Shown here piece after piece: positions 27,976-38,227 of a DNA stretch of 64,000 nucleotides. Origin of the DNA: Methanomicrobiales archaeon (GTDB taxonomy: Archaea > Halobacteriota > Methanomicrobia > Methanomicrobiales > Methanospirillaceae); contig JBAXJR010000006.1 in the NCBI GenBank assembly GCA_037137755.1, forward strand, positions 1 through 64,000, read 5' to 3'. Below the pieces are notes generated by a model. That model had not been told where the DNA came from. It worked only from the letters and a program-made list of their open reading frames with translations, and did not search any database. Every line of letters starts with the position of its first letter. Position 1 is the first letter of the stretch. The translations under genes were made by a program, and so were the position numbers.

Positions 27976-29240
27976 ATATTACCCTTCCGAAGATGAAGGA
28001 GTGCGAGTTCCGTGTTGCTGCCCCACCTTCAAAAAGTTATACCCACAGGGCCCTCATTATTGCGGCAATGGCTCATGGCGTTTCTGAGATAAAAAATCCC
28101 CTTGATTCAGGAGATACCCGGGTCACCTGCCGGGCACTCCGGGCACTGGGAGTAGAAATAAGCGAGCTACCGGGACTAATCAGGGTCAGTGGTTGTTCTG
28201 GTGAGTTCTCCTCCGAAAAAATGATGACCCTCGATATGGAAAACTCTGGTACCAGTTTCCGGCTCCTGATGGCATCTGCATTGTTATGCGACCAACCGGT
28301 AATTCTTACCGGCAGTTCCCGGATGCAGGAGCGCCCCGTCGGTCATCTTGTGGAAGCACTCAATTCTATTGGTGGCCGTATCAGGTATCTTTCAAATACA
28401 GGGTACCCTCCGGTCCTCATTGAAGGTACGATCCAGGGCGGGGCGGTTTCGATACCAGGCTCTATCAGCAGCCAATTTATTTCGGCACTTATGATCCCGG
28501 CGCCTTATGCCGCATCTGATCTCGAAGTCAGGGTTACCGGGGAGATAGCATCACGGTCATACCTGGATATTACTGCCGACTGCATGGAAGGATTCGGTGT
28601 GAAACCTGGAAGGGAGGGATACCACCGGTTCATGATCAGGTCAGGAAACGGCTACGAAGGCCGGAACTATACCATCGAAGGGGATTATTCGTCAGCATCA
28701 TATTTCTTTGCAATTGCTGCAGTTACCGGGGGTAGGGTTGAAGTATCGGGTCTTAATCCCGGATCTGTGCAGGGTGACCGGATGTTTGTCGAAGCGCTGG
28801 GCGGAATGGGGTGCACGGTTTCGTACCAGGCAGATAGTATCCGGGTTGAGAGGACCGGAGATCTTACGGGAATTACGATGGATATGTCTTCATCTCCTGA
28901 CACGGTACAGACACTTTGTATGGTTGCAGCCATTGCGTCAACGCCGTCAAAAATCACGGGGATCTCCCACCTGAAGTACAAGGAGAGTGACCGACTCAAG
29001 ACAACGGTTGACCTCCTGAACGGGCTCGGGGGTAACGCACACATGACCGACAACGGGATTAGTATCATACCGGTTCCGCTTCATGGCGGAGTTATTGACC
29101 CGGGTGATGACCACCGGACTGCAATGAGTGCTGCAGTACTGGCACTTTCACGCGGGGATATCACTATTAAAAATGCAGAATGTGTGGACAAGTCGTTTCC
29201 CCATTTTTTTGACATTATCAGGGGGATTGTTCCGGAATGA
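27972..29240 (+). CDS. aroA: EPSP synthase
   Basis: SKSYTHR, NSGTSFR, SSQFIS, KESDRL, DDHRTAM and KSFP motifs. Confidence 0.96.
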   Translation: MNITLPKMKECEFRVAAPPSKSYTHRALIIAAMAHGVSEIKNPLDSGDTRVTCRALRALGVEISELPGLIRVSGCSGEFSSEKMMTLDMENSGTSFRLLMASALLCDQPVILTGSSRMQERPVGHLVEALNSIGGRIRYLSNTGYPPVLIEGTIQGGAVSIPGSISSQFISALMIPAPYAASDLEVRVTGEIASRSYLDITADCMEGFGVKPGREGYHRFMIRSGNGYEGRNYTIEGDYSSASYFFAIAAVTGGRVEVSGLNPGSVQGDRMFVEALGGMGCTVSYQADSIRVERTGDLTGITMDMSSSPDTVQTLCMVAAIASTPSKITGISHLKYKESDRLKTTVDLLNGLGGNAHMTDNGISIIPVPLHGGVIDPGDDHRTAMSAAVLALSRGDITIKNAECVDKSFPHFFDIIRGIVPE

Positions 29241-29274
29241 TGAGGTATGAGATATCGATGAGGAAGAGATCTGC

Positions 29275-30663
29275 ATGGTAAGAATTATTCTCACGGGGTT
29301 CCGGGGGACAGGTAAGACAAGGGTGGGGGAACTCCTTGCCCATATGCTCAATGTTCCGTTTCTTGATACTGATACCCTGATCGAGAAACGTGTAGGAATG
29401 ACAATATATGAGATATTCCAGAAGTACGGGGAGGAATATTTCCGGAAGAAGGAATGTGAAACCATCGCCTCTCTTGTTCTGACCGATTCTGTGGTCAGTA
29501 CTGGCGGAGGGGCAATAATGGACCCGTCAAACGTGGCCGCCCTCAGGCAGGGAAGCACGATATTCCTTCTCACAGCTGATGACCGTACCATTGAACAGAG
29601 GATCGCGCGCACGGAACGTCCTGCCCTGACCCGGCTTCCACTCAGGGAAGAAATCCATGAGCTCCAGGCAATCAGGAGGCCTTCTTACATCGCAGCAGCA
29701 GACTTTTGCATCAATACAACGCGTAAAAATGCAAATGAGACAGCACTGGTCATACGGCATATCCTGGCAGAGGGGACCACCACCGGCAAGGATGCTGCCG
29801 GGTTCCTGTCATTTGTTCGGAAAACAGAAATTTCCCGGGATGAAACTGAGGCGCTTGAAAGCGCTCTTATCTCTCCCGGCCACGACCCCCTCACGCGGGT
29901 CTATGCAGTTGCGGGAAACCCCTGCAACCATAGTCTGTCCCCTGTCCTGTTCAACCGGCTGTTCTCCCAATATCGCATGAATTGCCATTACACAAGGTTA
30001 TGCTGGCCGGATTTCGGGGAAATCATCCGGGAGGCAAAAAAAACCGACATCAGGGGTCTATCCGTTACCATCCCCTATAAAACCGAAGCCCTGGTCAGTC
30101 TCGATGAAGCTGATGAGCACGTAAAAGCAATCGGGGCGGTAAACACTCTCGTTATGTGCGAAGACACTACCTTTGGGTTTAATACTGACTGGATCGGAAT
30201 TCGTGACCCGTTAAGTCACATGGCAGGGTCACGGGCAGCCGTGATTGGGGCAGGGGGAGCCGCCGCTGCAGCTGTATATGCATTACAATCCCTCGACATG
30301 GATGTTACGATCCTTGCCCGGACACCTGCGAAAGCAAATGAACTATCAGAAAGGTTTTCCGTCCCGGTCAAACCTTTGTCGGGATTTTCAGAAGTGGATC
30401 CTGATGTTGTCATCAACGCAACCCCCGTAGGGATGGGGGATGACTCGCGTTCACCCGTCAACGTGTCCCTGCTGAAACGAGGTATGACCGTTTATGATCT
30501 CGTCTATACCCCGGCAGACACCCCTCTCCTCGTAGCAGCCCGCAAAGCAGGTTGTATAACAATACCCGGGACAGAAATGTTTGTGCGCCAGGCCTGTGCC
30601 CAGTTCCGCTGTTTCACCGGTATTGAGGTGCTCCCAGCGGTGGTCCGGGGGTATGTTATATGA
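29275..30663 (+). CDS. Fused P-loop shikimate kinase (AroK/AroL type) and shikimate dehydrogenase (AroE)
   Basis: N-terminal GFRGTGKT, DTD, GEEYFR, STGGG; C-terminal HSLSP, SVTIPYK, GAVNT, NTDW, GAGGAA, NATPVG, DLVYTP. Confidence 0.92.
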   Translation: MVRIILTGFRGTGKTRVGELLAHMLNVPFLDTDTLIEKRVGMTIYEIFQKYGEEYFRKKECETIASLVLTDSVVSTGGGAIMDPSNVAALRQGSTIFLLTADDRTIEQRIARTERPALTRLPLREEIHELQAIRRPSYIAAADFCINTTRKNANETALVIRHILAEGTTTGKDAAGFLSFVRKTEISRDETEALESALISPGHDPLTRVYAVAGNPCNHSLSPVLFNRLFSQYRMNCHYTRLCWPDFGEIIREAKKTDIRGLSVTIPYKTEALVSLDEADEHVKAIGAVNTLVMCEDTTFGFNTDWIGIRDPLSHMAGSRAAVIGAGGAAAAAVYALQSLDMDVTILARTPAKANELSERFSVPVKPLSGFSEVDPDVVINATPVGMGDDSRSPVNVSLLKRGMTVYDLVYTPADTPLLVAARKAGCITIPGTEMFVRQACAQFRCFTGIEVLPAVVRGYVI

Positions 30664-30724
30664 ACCGGGTAACTGGATTTTCTTCCTCTGCAGGGTGTAT
30701 CGGCCCGGGTAAGAGGTGTTTTAG

Positions 30725-31744
30725 GTGAACACATTTGGTAATAATTTCCGCTGCACTACGTTCGGCGAAAGCCATGGGAAAGCGCTTGGTGTTATAATCG
30801 ATGGATGTCCGCCAGGGATCCCGCTGGCCGAATCAGATATCCAGCCACTCCTTGACAGGCGACGTCCCGGCCAGTCTGACCTGACAACGCAGAGAAAGGA
30901 GGAGGACCGCGTCGAGATACTTTCCGGGTTATTCGAGGGAAAGACTACCGGCACACCGATTGCCCTTGTCATCCGGAACAAGGATATGAAAAATGAAGAC
31001 TATCTTCACCTGAAAGATGTGTTCAGGCCCGGGCATGCAGATTTTACCTACCAGGTAAAATATGGCATCCGGGATTTCAGGGGCGGTGGACGGAGTTCCG
31101 GGAGAGAGACAATTTCCCGCGTGGCGGCGGGTGCCGTCGCAATGAAATTGCTTGGATATGCCGGGGTATCTATAACAGGGCGGGTCATTGAAGTCCATGG
31201 AAAAAATATTCCTGCTGAAATGGAAGCAGAGATCAGGGCTGCCAGGGACTCAGGAAATTCCGTTGGGGGAATTGTCGAGGTCGTTGCCAAAGGTACACCT
31301 CCGGGTATCGGGGACCCGGTATCAGGGAAACTTGATGCTGCAATTGCCCATGCCATGATGGGTATCGGATCAGTGAAAGGTGTTGAGATTGGTGAAGGGT
31401 TCCGTGCAGCTGGGTTGTTAGGGAGTGAAAATAACGATGAAATGACCACTGAAGGGTTTTCAACCAACCATGCAGGTGGTATTCTTGGTGGTATCAGCAC
31501 GGGGGCAGATATTATCGTCCGCATCGCTGTAAAACCGACACCGTCAATTTCCAGGGAACAAAAGACAGTAACGGTAACCGGCACGCCTGCAACGATTTCG
31601 GTTCAGGGGAGGCACGATCCCTGTATAGCGCCACGGATTGTCCCGGTTGCAGAGGCGATGATCGCGCTGGTGCTTGTAGACTGCCTCCTTGAACAGCTGA
31701 AGTATTCAGGATTCCAGGCCTTCATGAAGAATAACCATGCCTGA
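30725..31744 (+). CDS. aroC: Chorismate synthase
   Basis: [21 protein letters not shown] and GRHDPC motifs. Confidence 0.96.
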   Translation: MNTFGNNFRCTTFGESHGKALGVIIDGCPPGIPLAESDIQPLLDRRRPGQSDLTTQRKEEDRVEILSGLFEGKTTGTPIALVIRNKDMKNEDYLHLKDVFRPGHADFTYQVKYGIRDFRGGGRSSGRETISRVAAGAVAMKLLGYAGVSITGRVIEVHGKNIPAEMEAEIRAARDSGNSVGGIVEVVAKGTPPGIGDPVSGKLDAAIAHAMMGIGSVKGVEIGEGFRAAGLLGSENNDEMTTEGFSTNHAGGILGGISTGADIIVRIAVKPTPSISREQKTVTVTGTPATISVQGRHDPCIAPRIVPVAEAMIALVLVDCLLEQLKYSGFQAFMKNNHA

Positions 31745-31831
31745 TTATCCTTCTTTTTGGTTAATCCAGAAATGGAAATTCATCGAAAACTGGACTGGGA
31801 TGGCAGAATGTGCCATTCCTGCGTGTTTTAT

Positions 31832-32497
31832 TTATGGCATAGGTTGATGATTTACCGTCCCGTTTACAGTTAGAAGACGGGCATAAATTTCCCGAAGGTC
31901 GCTGATATGATACTGGCCCGCTGCTGTAGGTTCACCTGCATGCGCGAATATCCAATCTGAACCAAATAGAGGGAGAACAGGGCGCATATGCCGGAACTGT
32001 TCGCCCATGATGCTCGTGATAACAGGTTTTGTTGCATGGAGCGTGAAAGAAAGGAATATGATCATATCATGTTCATCCGATGGTGTAACGACAATTTTTG
32101 GGATGTCTCCGTATTCGCGAAGTGCGTCATCAACTGCAGCCAGTTCCTGGATTGACGGCATACTTTTCATGTGATATGAGGCGATGATGCCAATCCCCTG
32201 CTCTCTGACAGACCGGGCATGAGTGGAGAACTGTTGTTCAATATCTATATAGGACGCATAGGGGAGAAGCGGCGCTATCATTTCGATCCAGCGGTCACAA
32301 GAGCCGAAAAATGACCCTCCTTCCTGTTCACTCCGAAGAGTCAGGATTAATGGAATTTCTGTCTTCGTATACCATTCCTGGACGGTTCCGGGGATGTCCC
32401 CTTGCAACAGGTCAAGACGTACTTCAATCAGGTCTGGATTATACTGGAGCAGATTAGTCTCCCCAGGTCGCTTACCGGTTGATACAACAATTTTCAT
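31832..32497 (-). CDS. aroD: Type I 3-dehydroquinate dehydratase
   Basis: EVRLDL, TLRSEQEGG, IDIE, SYH, Schiff-base IPKIV, SIMG, AAGQ. Confidence 0.85.
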   Translation of the reverse strand: MKIVVSTGKRPGETNLLQYNPDLIEVRLDLLQGDIPGTVQEWYTKTEIPLILTLRSEQEGGSFFGSCDRWIEMIAPLLPYASYIDIEQQFSTHARSVREQGIGIIASYHMKSMPSIQELAAVDDALREYGDIPKIVVTPSDEHDMIIFLSFTLHATKPVITSIMGEQFRHMRPVLPLFGSDWIFAHAGEPTAAGQYHISDLREIYARLLTVNGTVNHQPMP

Positions 32498-32555
32498 CGT
32501 CCGGGTACCTCCCGATAACATATTCCCCCGAAGTTCTTATATCTTAATAGCCAGC

Positions 32556-33095
32556 ATGACCGGACCGGGCGCTTCTACAGGGATCCTATTCAGGGACTGC
32601 GTTATAGCGCTGTTCATCGGAGGGATAGCGCCGTTTATTGCCGGATTTTTCTTCACGGTCCCACCAGGGGCAGTCCTGGCCCTGATGTCTGCGACGTTGA
32701 TACTTGAGTATGGGGCCGTGTTCATCGGTACTGCGCTTGGGATGGATAATGCCATTACATTTATCATTGTTTCACTGGTAGCTACCGGAATGATCTTCTT
32801 CCAGTTATCGTTATTTGACCATGTAGGAAAAAGTTCTCCACGGGTGGCGCGGTTTCTTGAACGGGTACGCAGCAAATACGGGTCATCACCGGTTATTAAA
32901 AAATACGGTGTCTTTGCCCTTGTCCCCGGGATGCTGGTTGTCGGGTTTTATGCCTGCCCTGCAGTAACCTGGCTTCTAGGATGGGAGCGAAAGATCGCAT
33001 TCAGTGTAATGGTGGGGACATTCTGTGCAGCTTCAGCGTTCCTGCTCCCGGTAAGTGAAGGATTCATTCACTGGATAGCAGGACTTGCCAGTTGA
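32556..33095 (+). CDS. Small multi-drug export family membrane protein
   Basis: Several hydrophobic helices; KKYGVFALVPG...GFYA...WLLG. Confidence 0.7.
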   Translation: MTGPGASTGILFRDCVIALFIGGIAPFIAGFFFTVPPGAVLALMSATLILEYGAVFIGTALGMDNAITFIIVSLVATGMIFFQLSLFDHVGKSSPRVARFLERVRSKYGSSPVIKKYGVFALVPGMLVVGFYACPAVTWLLGWERKIAFSVMVGTFCAASAFLLPVSEGFIHWIAGLAS

Positions 33096-33247
33096 TCTCT
33101 ATCGTAACAGGTGAGGGGTACCACATGAAAAAACAGCATTAAGAACACGGTTTACCTAATTCTTATCTCAGGTGCACAATGTTCTCGGAGACCGGATGCT
33201 ATGTTATTACCTGATTCACCAGGGTTGAAGGGGCCGGGGTTTGGCAG

Positions 33248-35863
33248 ATGAAGGTCCCGGAACTCCTGGCTCCCGCAGGGTCGCCAGAATCACTCGTAGC
33301 CGCAATCGATGCAGGTGCTGACGCTGTATATCTTGGCGGGAACCGTTTCAGTGCCAGGAATTATGCCGAAAATTTTAACCCTGCAACAATTGCAGATGCG
33401 GTCCGGTATGCACATCTACGCGGTGTTAAGGTCTATGTCACGGTCAATACGCTGGTCCATGACTCCGAACTTACCGATACGGCTGCATTTATATTGTCTT
33501 TGTATCAGGCAGGCATCGATGCCATTCTTGTACAGGACACCGGGGTCGCTTCAGTTGCCCGGGAGGTAGCTCCCGGACTTCCTCTGCATGCCTCAACACA
33601 AATGACTATCCATAACCGTGAGGGGGTGTCATGGGCACGGGAACAGGGTTTTTCAAGGGTAGTACTTGCGAGAGAACTTTCCCTGGAAGAGATTTCAGAG
33701 ATCGCATCAGCTCCTGAGTGCCAGGGGGTAGGACTTGAAATATTTGTTCACGGTGCCCTGTGTTATTCGTACTCAGGACAATGTCTCCTTTCATCAATGA
33801 TTGGAGGTAGGAGTGGAAACCGGGGGATGTGTGCGCAGCCCTGCCGGAAACCTTATGCCTGTGTAAGCGGGCCTAAAGACCTGTATGGACGGCCGGGTAA
33901 TCTCTCTAAAACCCGGTGGGAAGAGGAGTACCTCATGTCCACAAAAGATCTCTGCAGTTACCGGGACCTCGAATCCATTGTCCGCGCTCCTGTTGAGAGC
34001 TTGAAGATCGAGGGCCGGATGAGGTCCCCCCGCTATGTGTCAACCGTGGTCTCTGTCTACCGTAAGGCGATTGATGCCATCGCGATGGAGGACTGGAGTC
34101 CCCGGGATGATGATGTGGAGAAACTTGCGCTTGCCTTCAACAGGGGTTTTACCCGGGGGTACCTCAAAAATGCATGTCACCGTGAGATAATGGGCAGGGA
34201 CCGCCCCGATCACAGGGGTATTCCGGTAGGAACAGTCATATCGTATAATTCCCGGGTACATCAGGCCCTGATCAGGCTTTCCGGGGCTACATTACCTTTT
34301 AAAGGGGATGGGGTAGTGTTCCAGGACCCCCGGAACGGTAAGGAAACCGGCATGATCCTGTATGGAACGCCAGTAAAAGATGCGGATACTCTGCAGGTCC
34401 CGGTTTCAACTGCAGTAATCCCCGGGGATATCCTCTATCTTACCCGGCGAAGGGACCCCGGAACGGCAGGAAAAAAATATAAAACAGAATATCAAGGGAA
34501 GCAATTCCAGGTTCCCATTGATCTCATCATTACCTGGGATGAAGAACGACGCCCCGTGATTAACGCATTAATGTCTGGAAAAAATGGAATTCCGGTCAGG
34601 TACAGCCATATCGGCGAGCCAATGCAAATTGCAGAAACAGCACCTCTTACCATAAGCCAGATTGCCCAGCAGGTCCGCAGGACAGGTGGTACACCATTCG
34701 TTGTCCGTGAACTGGTTCTTGATTATCCCGGTGGACTCTACGCACCTGTATCCATTCTGAACCAGCTCAGAAGAGATCTCCTTCTGGGAGCCGAATCGGC
34801 AATTGCTTCTTCATGGATGCCTGGTCCCACCGATATATCCTGTGCAATGGAGAAGGTTGAATCGTTAATCATGTCCCTGTCGGTAAGAACCACTTCCTCC
34901 CAAGGCCTGTCTTCCGGGCCCATGAAGATGTCTGTATATGCAAATTCGGCGGAAGTAGCAACTGCAGCCCTGGATGCAGGATGTGACCGTATATATTTTG
35001 AACCGGAGACTGGTTCGAAAGCCTGCCGGTGTCGTGATATGGATATCGGTTCGCCGGGACAGGATCCGTTTCCGGAAATTTCCGGCCAGATCAGGGATTT
35101 ATTAGTCCTTCTCACAGAAAGTAGCCGGCAAATATTCTGGAAATGGCCGTCAATCCCTGAAAGGGATTATATCGACGCGTCAGTTACGGTCCTTCCTGAA
35201 CTAGTTGAAATGGGAATCGGCGGTATCATGGTGGACAGCGCCGGTCTTGCTAAGGCGGTCCGTCGCTTATTTCCTGCCCTGAAGATCTGTGGTGGGGCTG
35301 GTCTGAATATTTTCAACCATGTTTCAGCCGCATCAGTACCTGGATTTTTTAGCCTGACCCTGTCTCCTGAGCTATCCAGTGATGATATATCTGCACTGAC
35401 TACGTGGCATTACCACGGTGGAACCCCCGCGTTTGAAGTTATCGTCCAGGGTAATCTTGAAGTCCTCAATAGCAGGGACTGCATTCCTGCCGGCATGCCA
35501 CATGGGAAGGGCGACTGCGGTGGGTTGGATGAAAGTCGTTTCTCCGGTCTGCAGGATGGAACCGGGAGGACTTTTCCATTCAATGTTGATCCCTGGTGTC
35601 ATACCCACATCAGGAACTCAAGCGAAACATGCCTGATAGACAGTATCCCGGGACTAATTGATGCAGGCGTTTCATCGGTTGCCATCGATGCACGCCATAA
35701 GACACCTGCCTATGTGAAAGAAATGGTATCGCTGTACAGGGAAGCAATCCGGCGTTCTCTGAAGTCCTCAAGCCAGGAACAATTTACCGACCTGCTTACT
35801 GCGGTGAAAAAGATCTCGCTCGGGGGTATCACATCCGCCTCCTTCCGTGGAAATCTTCTCTGA
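33248..35863 (+). CDS. U32 family Fe-S protein with DUF3656-like region (RlhA-like RNA hydroxylase)
   Basis: ELLAPAG, GADAVYLG, HASTQM, HGALCYSYSGQC...RGMCAQPCR and LKIEGR motifs; 871 aa. Confidence 0.88.
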   Translation: MKVPELLAPAGSPESLVAAIDAGADAVYLGGNRFSARNYAENFNPATIADAVRYAHLRGVKVYVTVNTLVHDSELTDTAAFILSLYQAGIDAILVQDTGVASVAREVAPGLPLHASTQMTIHNREGVSWAREQGFSRVVLARELSLEEISEIASAPECQGVGLEIFVHGALCYSYSGQCLLSSMIGGRSGNRGMCAQPCRKPYACVSGPKDLYGRPGNLSKTRWEEEYLMSTKDLCSYRDLESIVRAPVESLKIEGRMRSPRYVSTVVSVYRKAIDAIAMEDWSPRDDDVEKLALAFNRGFTRGYLKNACHREIMGRDRPDHRGIPVGTVISYNSRVHQALIRLSGATLPFKGDGVVFQDPRNGKETGMILYGTPVKDADTLQVPVSTAVIPGDILYLTRRRDPGTAGKKYKTEYQGKQFQVPIDLIITWDEERRPVINALMSGKNGIPVRYSHIGEPMQIAETAPLTISQIAQQVRRTGGTPFVVRELVLDYPGGLYAPVSILNQLRRDLLLGAESAIASSWMPGPTDISCAMEKVESLIMSLSVRTTSSQGLSSGPMKMSVYANSAEVATAALDAGCDRIYFEPETGSKACRCRDMDIGSPGQDPFPEISGQIRDLLVLLTESSRQIFWKWPSIPERDYIDASVTVLPELVEMGIGGIMVDSAGLAKAVRRLFPALKICGGAGLNIFNHVSAASVPGFFSLTLSPELSSDDISALTTWHYHGGTPAFEVIVQGNLEVLNSRDCIPAGMPHGKGDCGGLDESRFSGLQDGTGRTFPFNVDPWCHTHIRNSSETCLIDSIPGLIDAGVSSVAIDARHKTPAYVKEMVSLYREAIRRSLKSSSQEQFTDLLTAVKKISLGGITSASFRGNLL

Positions 35864-35919
35864 TATTTCCGAAGCGTGCAGTTCTTTATCGAATAATGCA
35901 TATATGGGGGTGAGACAAC

Positions 35920-36588
35920 ATGGCAGCCCCATTCATCCTGATTAACTTAAAGACATACCGGGAAAGTATCGGGCAGCATGCGCACCGGATTGCCTCTGTT
36001 GCGCAGGCTGTCAGCGCCGACAGCGGAATATCAATAGGTATCGCGCCCTCTTATCTCGATATCCACCCAATATCGCGGCATTTTGAAATCCCTGTATTTG
36101 CCCAGCATGTTGATGGGATTGAACCAGGGGCCCACACCGGAACAATTACGGCAGAGGCACTGAAACAGGCAGGCGCGAAGGGTTCCCTGGTAAATCATTC
36201 AGAACGAAGACTCACCCTCGTCGATATTGATGCCGCGGTATCTGCCCTTCGTGCAGCGCACATGGTATCTGTTGTCTGTACAAATAACGAAGCGGCCAGC
36301 GCGGCCGCTGCAGCCCTTTCGCCTGATTATGTGGCAGTTGAACCACCTGAATTAATCGGGAGTGGTGTATCGGTTGCGAAGGCAAACCCCGATATTATAA
36401 GAAAGACCGTGGAAGCCGTCCGGCTGGTAAATCCAAAGGTTATGGTATTAACCGGGGCAGGGATACAGACAGGCGAGTGCGTCAGGACTGCTATCGATCT
36501 CGGAACTGACGGAGTCCTTCTTGCCTCAGGCGTGGTCAAGGCAAAAGATCCCGAAGCGGTCCTGCGTGACCTCGTTTCAAAAATCTGA
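35920..36588 (+). CDS. tpiA: Triosephosphate isomerase (archaeal type)
   Basis: [20 protein letters not shown] and GVLLASG motifs. Confidence 0.95.
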   Translation: MAAPFILINLKTYRESIGQHAHRIASVAQAVSADSGISIGIAPSYLDIHPISRHFEIPVFAQHVDGIEPGAHTGTITAEALKQAGAKGSLVNHSERRLTLVDIDAAVSALRAAHMVSVVCTNNEAASAAAAALSPDYVAVEPPELIGSGVSVAKANPDIIRKTVEAVRLVNPKVMVLTGAGIQTGECVRTAIDLGTDGVLLASGVVKAKDPEAVLRDLVSKI

Positions 36589-36652
36589 TAACGTTACCTG
36601 AATGACGGTGATAATTTCACCCATTTTTCCGATTGATCCCCACCCTTCTTTC

Positions 36653-37213
36653 CTATGGGTGGACTATCAGGGAGATCAGGTCATGTTTCGTTATAACCCC
36701 CTGCACACGTCCGCCTTCGAGGACAAGCACTGCATGGTGGTGCTGCAGGATTGACACTACTGTTTCCACATCGGTATCCGGAGGGACCGTGGGAAACCCG
36801 GACTCCATGAAGTCGTTTGCCGAATAGATATGACTTTTATGGAGCCGCTGTTCTTCAATTGCATTTACAATAGCGGTTTCTGAAATACATCCGACAGGTA
36901 CACCGTTTTCTATTACCGGTAACTGGGAGATATTGTTCTTGTCCATTATCTCGACAGCTGCGGTGATTGGGTCGAGTGGTTTCACCGCGAAAACTGGTGT
37001 ATGCATTACATCTGACGCAGTTACACGGTGCCTGACCGCACTGTTCAGCACGTTAAGTATCCGGGTTAAGGTACTAACACGGGGGTCCACGCTTCCGGCT
37101 TCGATACGGGCGATCATCGACTGGCTGACTCCTGCTCTCCGGGCAAGTTCAGTCTGCCGCATCTGGAGCTCTTCCCTTCGTGACCTGATCTCTTCGGGAG
37201 TAGGAATATGCAT
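36653..37213 (-). CDS. XRE-HTH + CBS-pair transcriptional regulator
   Basis: QTELARRAGVSQSMIARIE followed by CBS motifs (ISQLPV, GVITKHDL). Confidence 0.9.
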   Translation of the reverse strand: MHIPTPEEIRSRREELQMRQTELARRAGVSQSMIARIEAGSVDPRVSTLTRILNVLNSAVRHRVTASDVMHTPVFAVKPLDPITAAVEIMDKNNISQLPVIENGVPVGCISETAIVNAIEEQRLHKSHIYSANDFMESGFPTVPPDTDVETVVSILQHHHAVLVLEGGRVQGVITKHDLISLIVHP

Positions 37214-37271
37214 AATTATTACTGATAGTGATATTTCCTTAAATTATCTTCCCATATCACCGATAGAAGAA

Positions 37272-37627
37272 ATGAGTGGGAGGAGTAAGCCCCCTTCTGT
37301 TCATTGCGGCATTCAGCTACGCGCCTTACCTGGGCAGGCACTGAGCTACCCATTTGCCCTGTTCCGGCTTGCACCCGCAGGGATTCACCGTTTCATCGTA
37401 TCCTGTCCCTACGCTCTGCGAGTTATCTCGTGCGTGACGCACTTCTCGCACGGGGGGATTTTGAACCCCCTTTGCTCGGTCGCATCATTGCTAATGACAG
37501 GCCGTGCCGTTTCTGTGCCATTGCCGTGACTCTCGCCACCCATACTTGCATATGGCTGCGTGCTCAGTCGGTGGGGGGACTTTCCTCAGCAGCATAAAGC
37601 CACCGTCGGCCGCACTCTCCCTCTCAT
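37272..37627 (-). ncRNA. rnpB: RNase P RNA (archaeal)
   Basis: Minus strand contains GAGGAAAGTCC, ACAGAAAC, GAAACGG and AACAGAAGGGGGCTTAC. The ends pair as P1 (ATGAGAGGGAGAGT / ACTCCTCCCACTCAT). Confidence 0.95.
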
Positions 37628-37660
37628 ATTATTATGGGGAGAGCGCATTATTTACTCTTA

Positions 37661-38227
37661 ATGGATATGCTAACCGCTGATGAAGGAGCGATGGCCATTA
37701 AAATGGCCCGGAATACAATAGAGGCCGCTGTTCGCGGCAGCCCGGTCCCTTCAACCCGTTTACCCCCGGTATTTTCTGAAAAGCGTGGGGTATTCGTTAC
37801 AATTACCCGTTCTGGTGAATTAAGGGGCTGTATCGGGTATCCCTATCCGGTCCTCCCGCTCATGGAGGCGATACCATCCGCCGCGAAAGGGGCCGCCCTT
37901 GAAGACCCTCGTTTTCCCCCGGTGAACGTATCAGAACTGCAACAGATCCGGATTGAAGTGACGGTGCTCACACCGCCCGAACCACTTGTCGTGGAACCCG
38001 GGCAGAGGCCAGGTGCCGTGATAATCGGGAAACACGGGTTAATTGCACGTGGTGCAGGGAGGAGCGGGCTCCTGTTGCCACAGGTCGCAACTGAATATTC
38101 GTGGAGTTGCGAAGAATTCCTGGCTCACACCTGCATGAAGGCCGGGTTACCTGCCAATTGCTGGAAACGATCAGAAACCGAAATCCTTACGTTTGAAGGG
38201 CAGATTTTTCACGAGCAGGTTTCCTAA
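37661..38227 (+). CDS. AMMECR1-domain protein (TIGR00296 family)
   Basis: [23 protein letters not shown] and CMKAGL motifs. Confidence 0.92.
   Translation: MDMLTADEGAMAIKMARNTIEAAVRGSPVPSTRLPPVFSEKRGVFVTITRSGELRGCIGYPYPVLPLMEAIPSAAKGAALEDPRFPPVNVSELQQIRIEVTVLTPPEPLVVEPGQRPGAVIIGKHGLIARGAGRSGLLLPQVATEYSWSCEEFLAHTCMKAGLPANCWKRSETEILTFEGQIFHEQVS

Noticed and set aside
36933-37597. ORFs of 198 aa and 97 aa over the rnpB region
   Set aside because: They are antisense shadows of the CBS regulator and the RNase P RNA.
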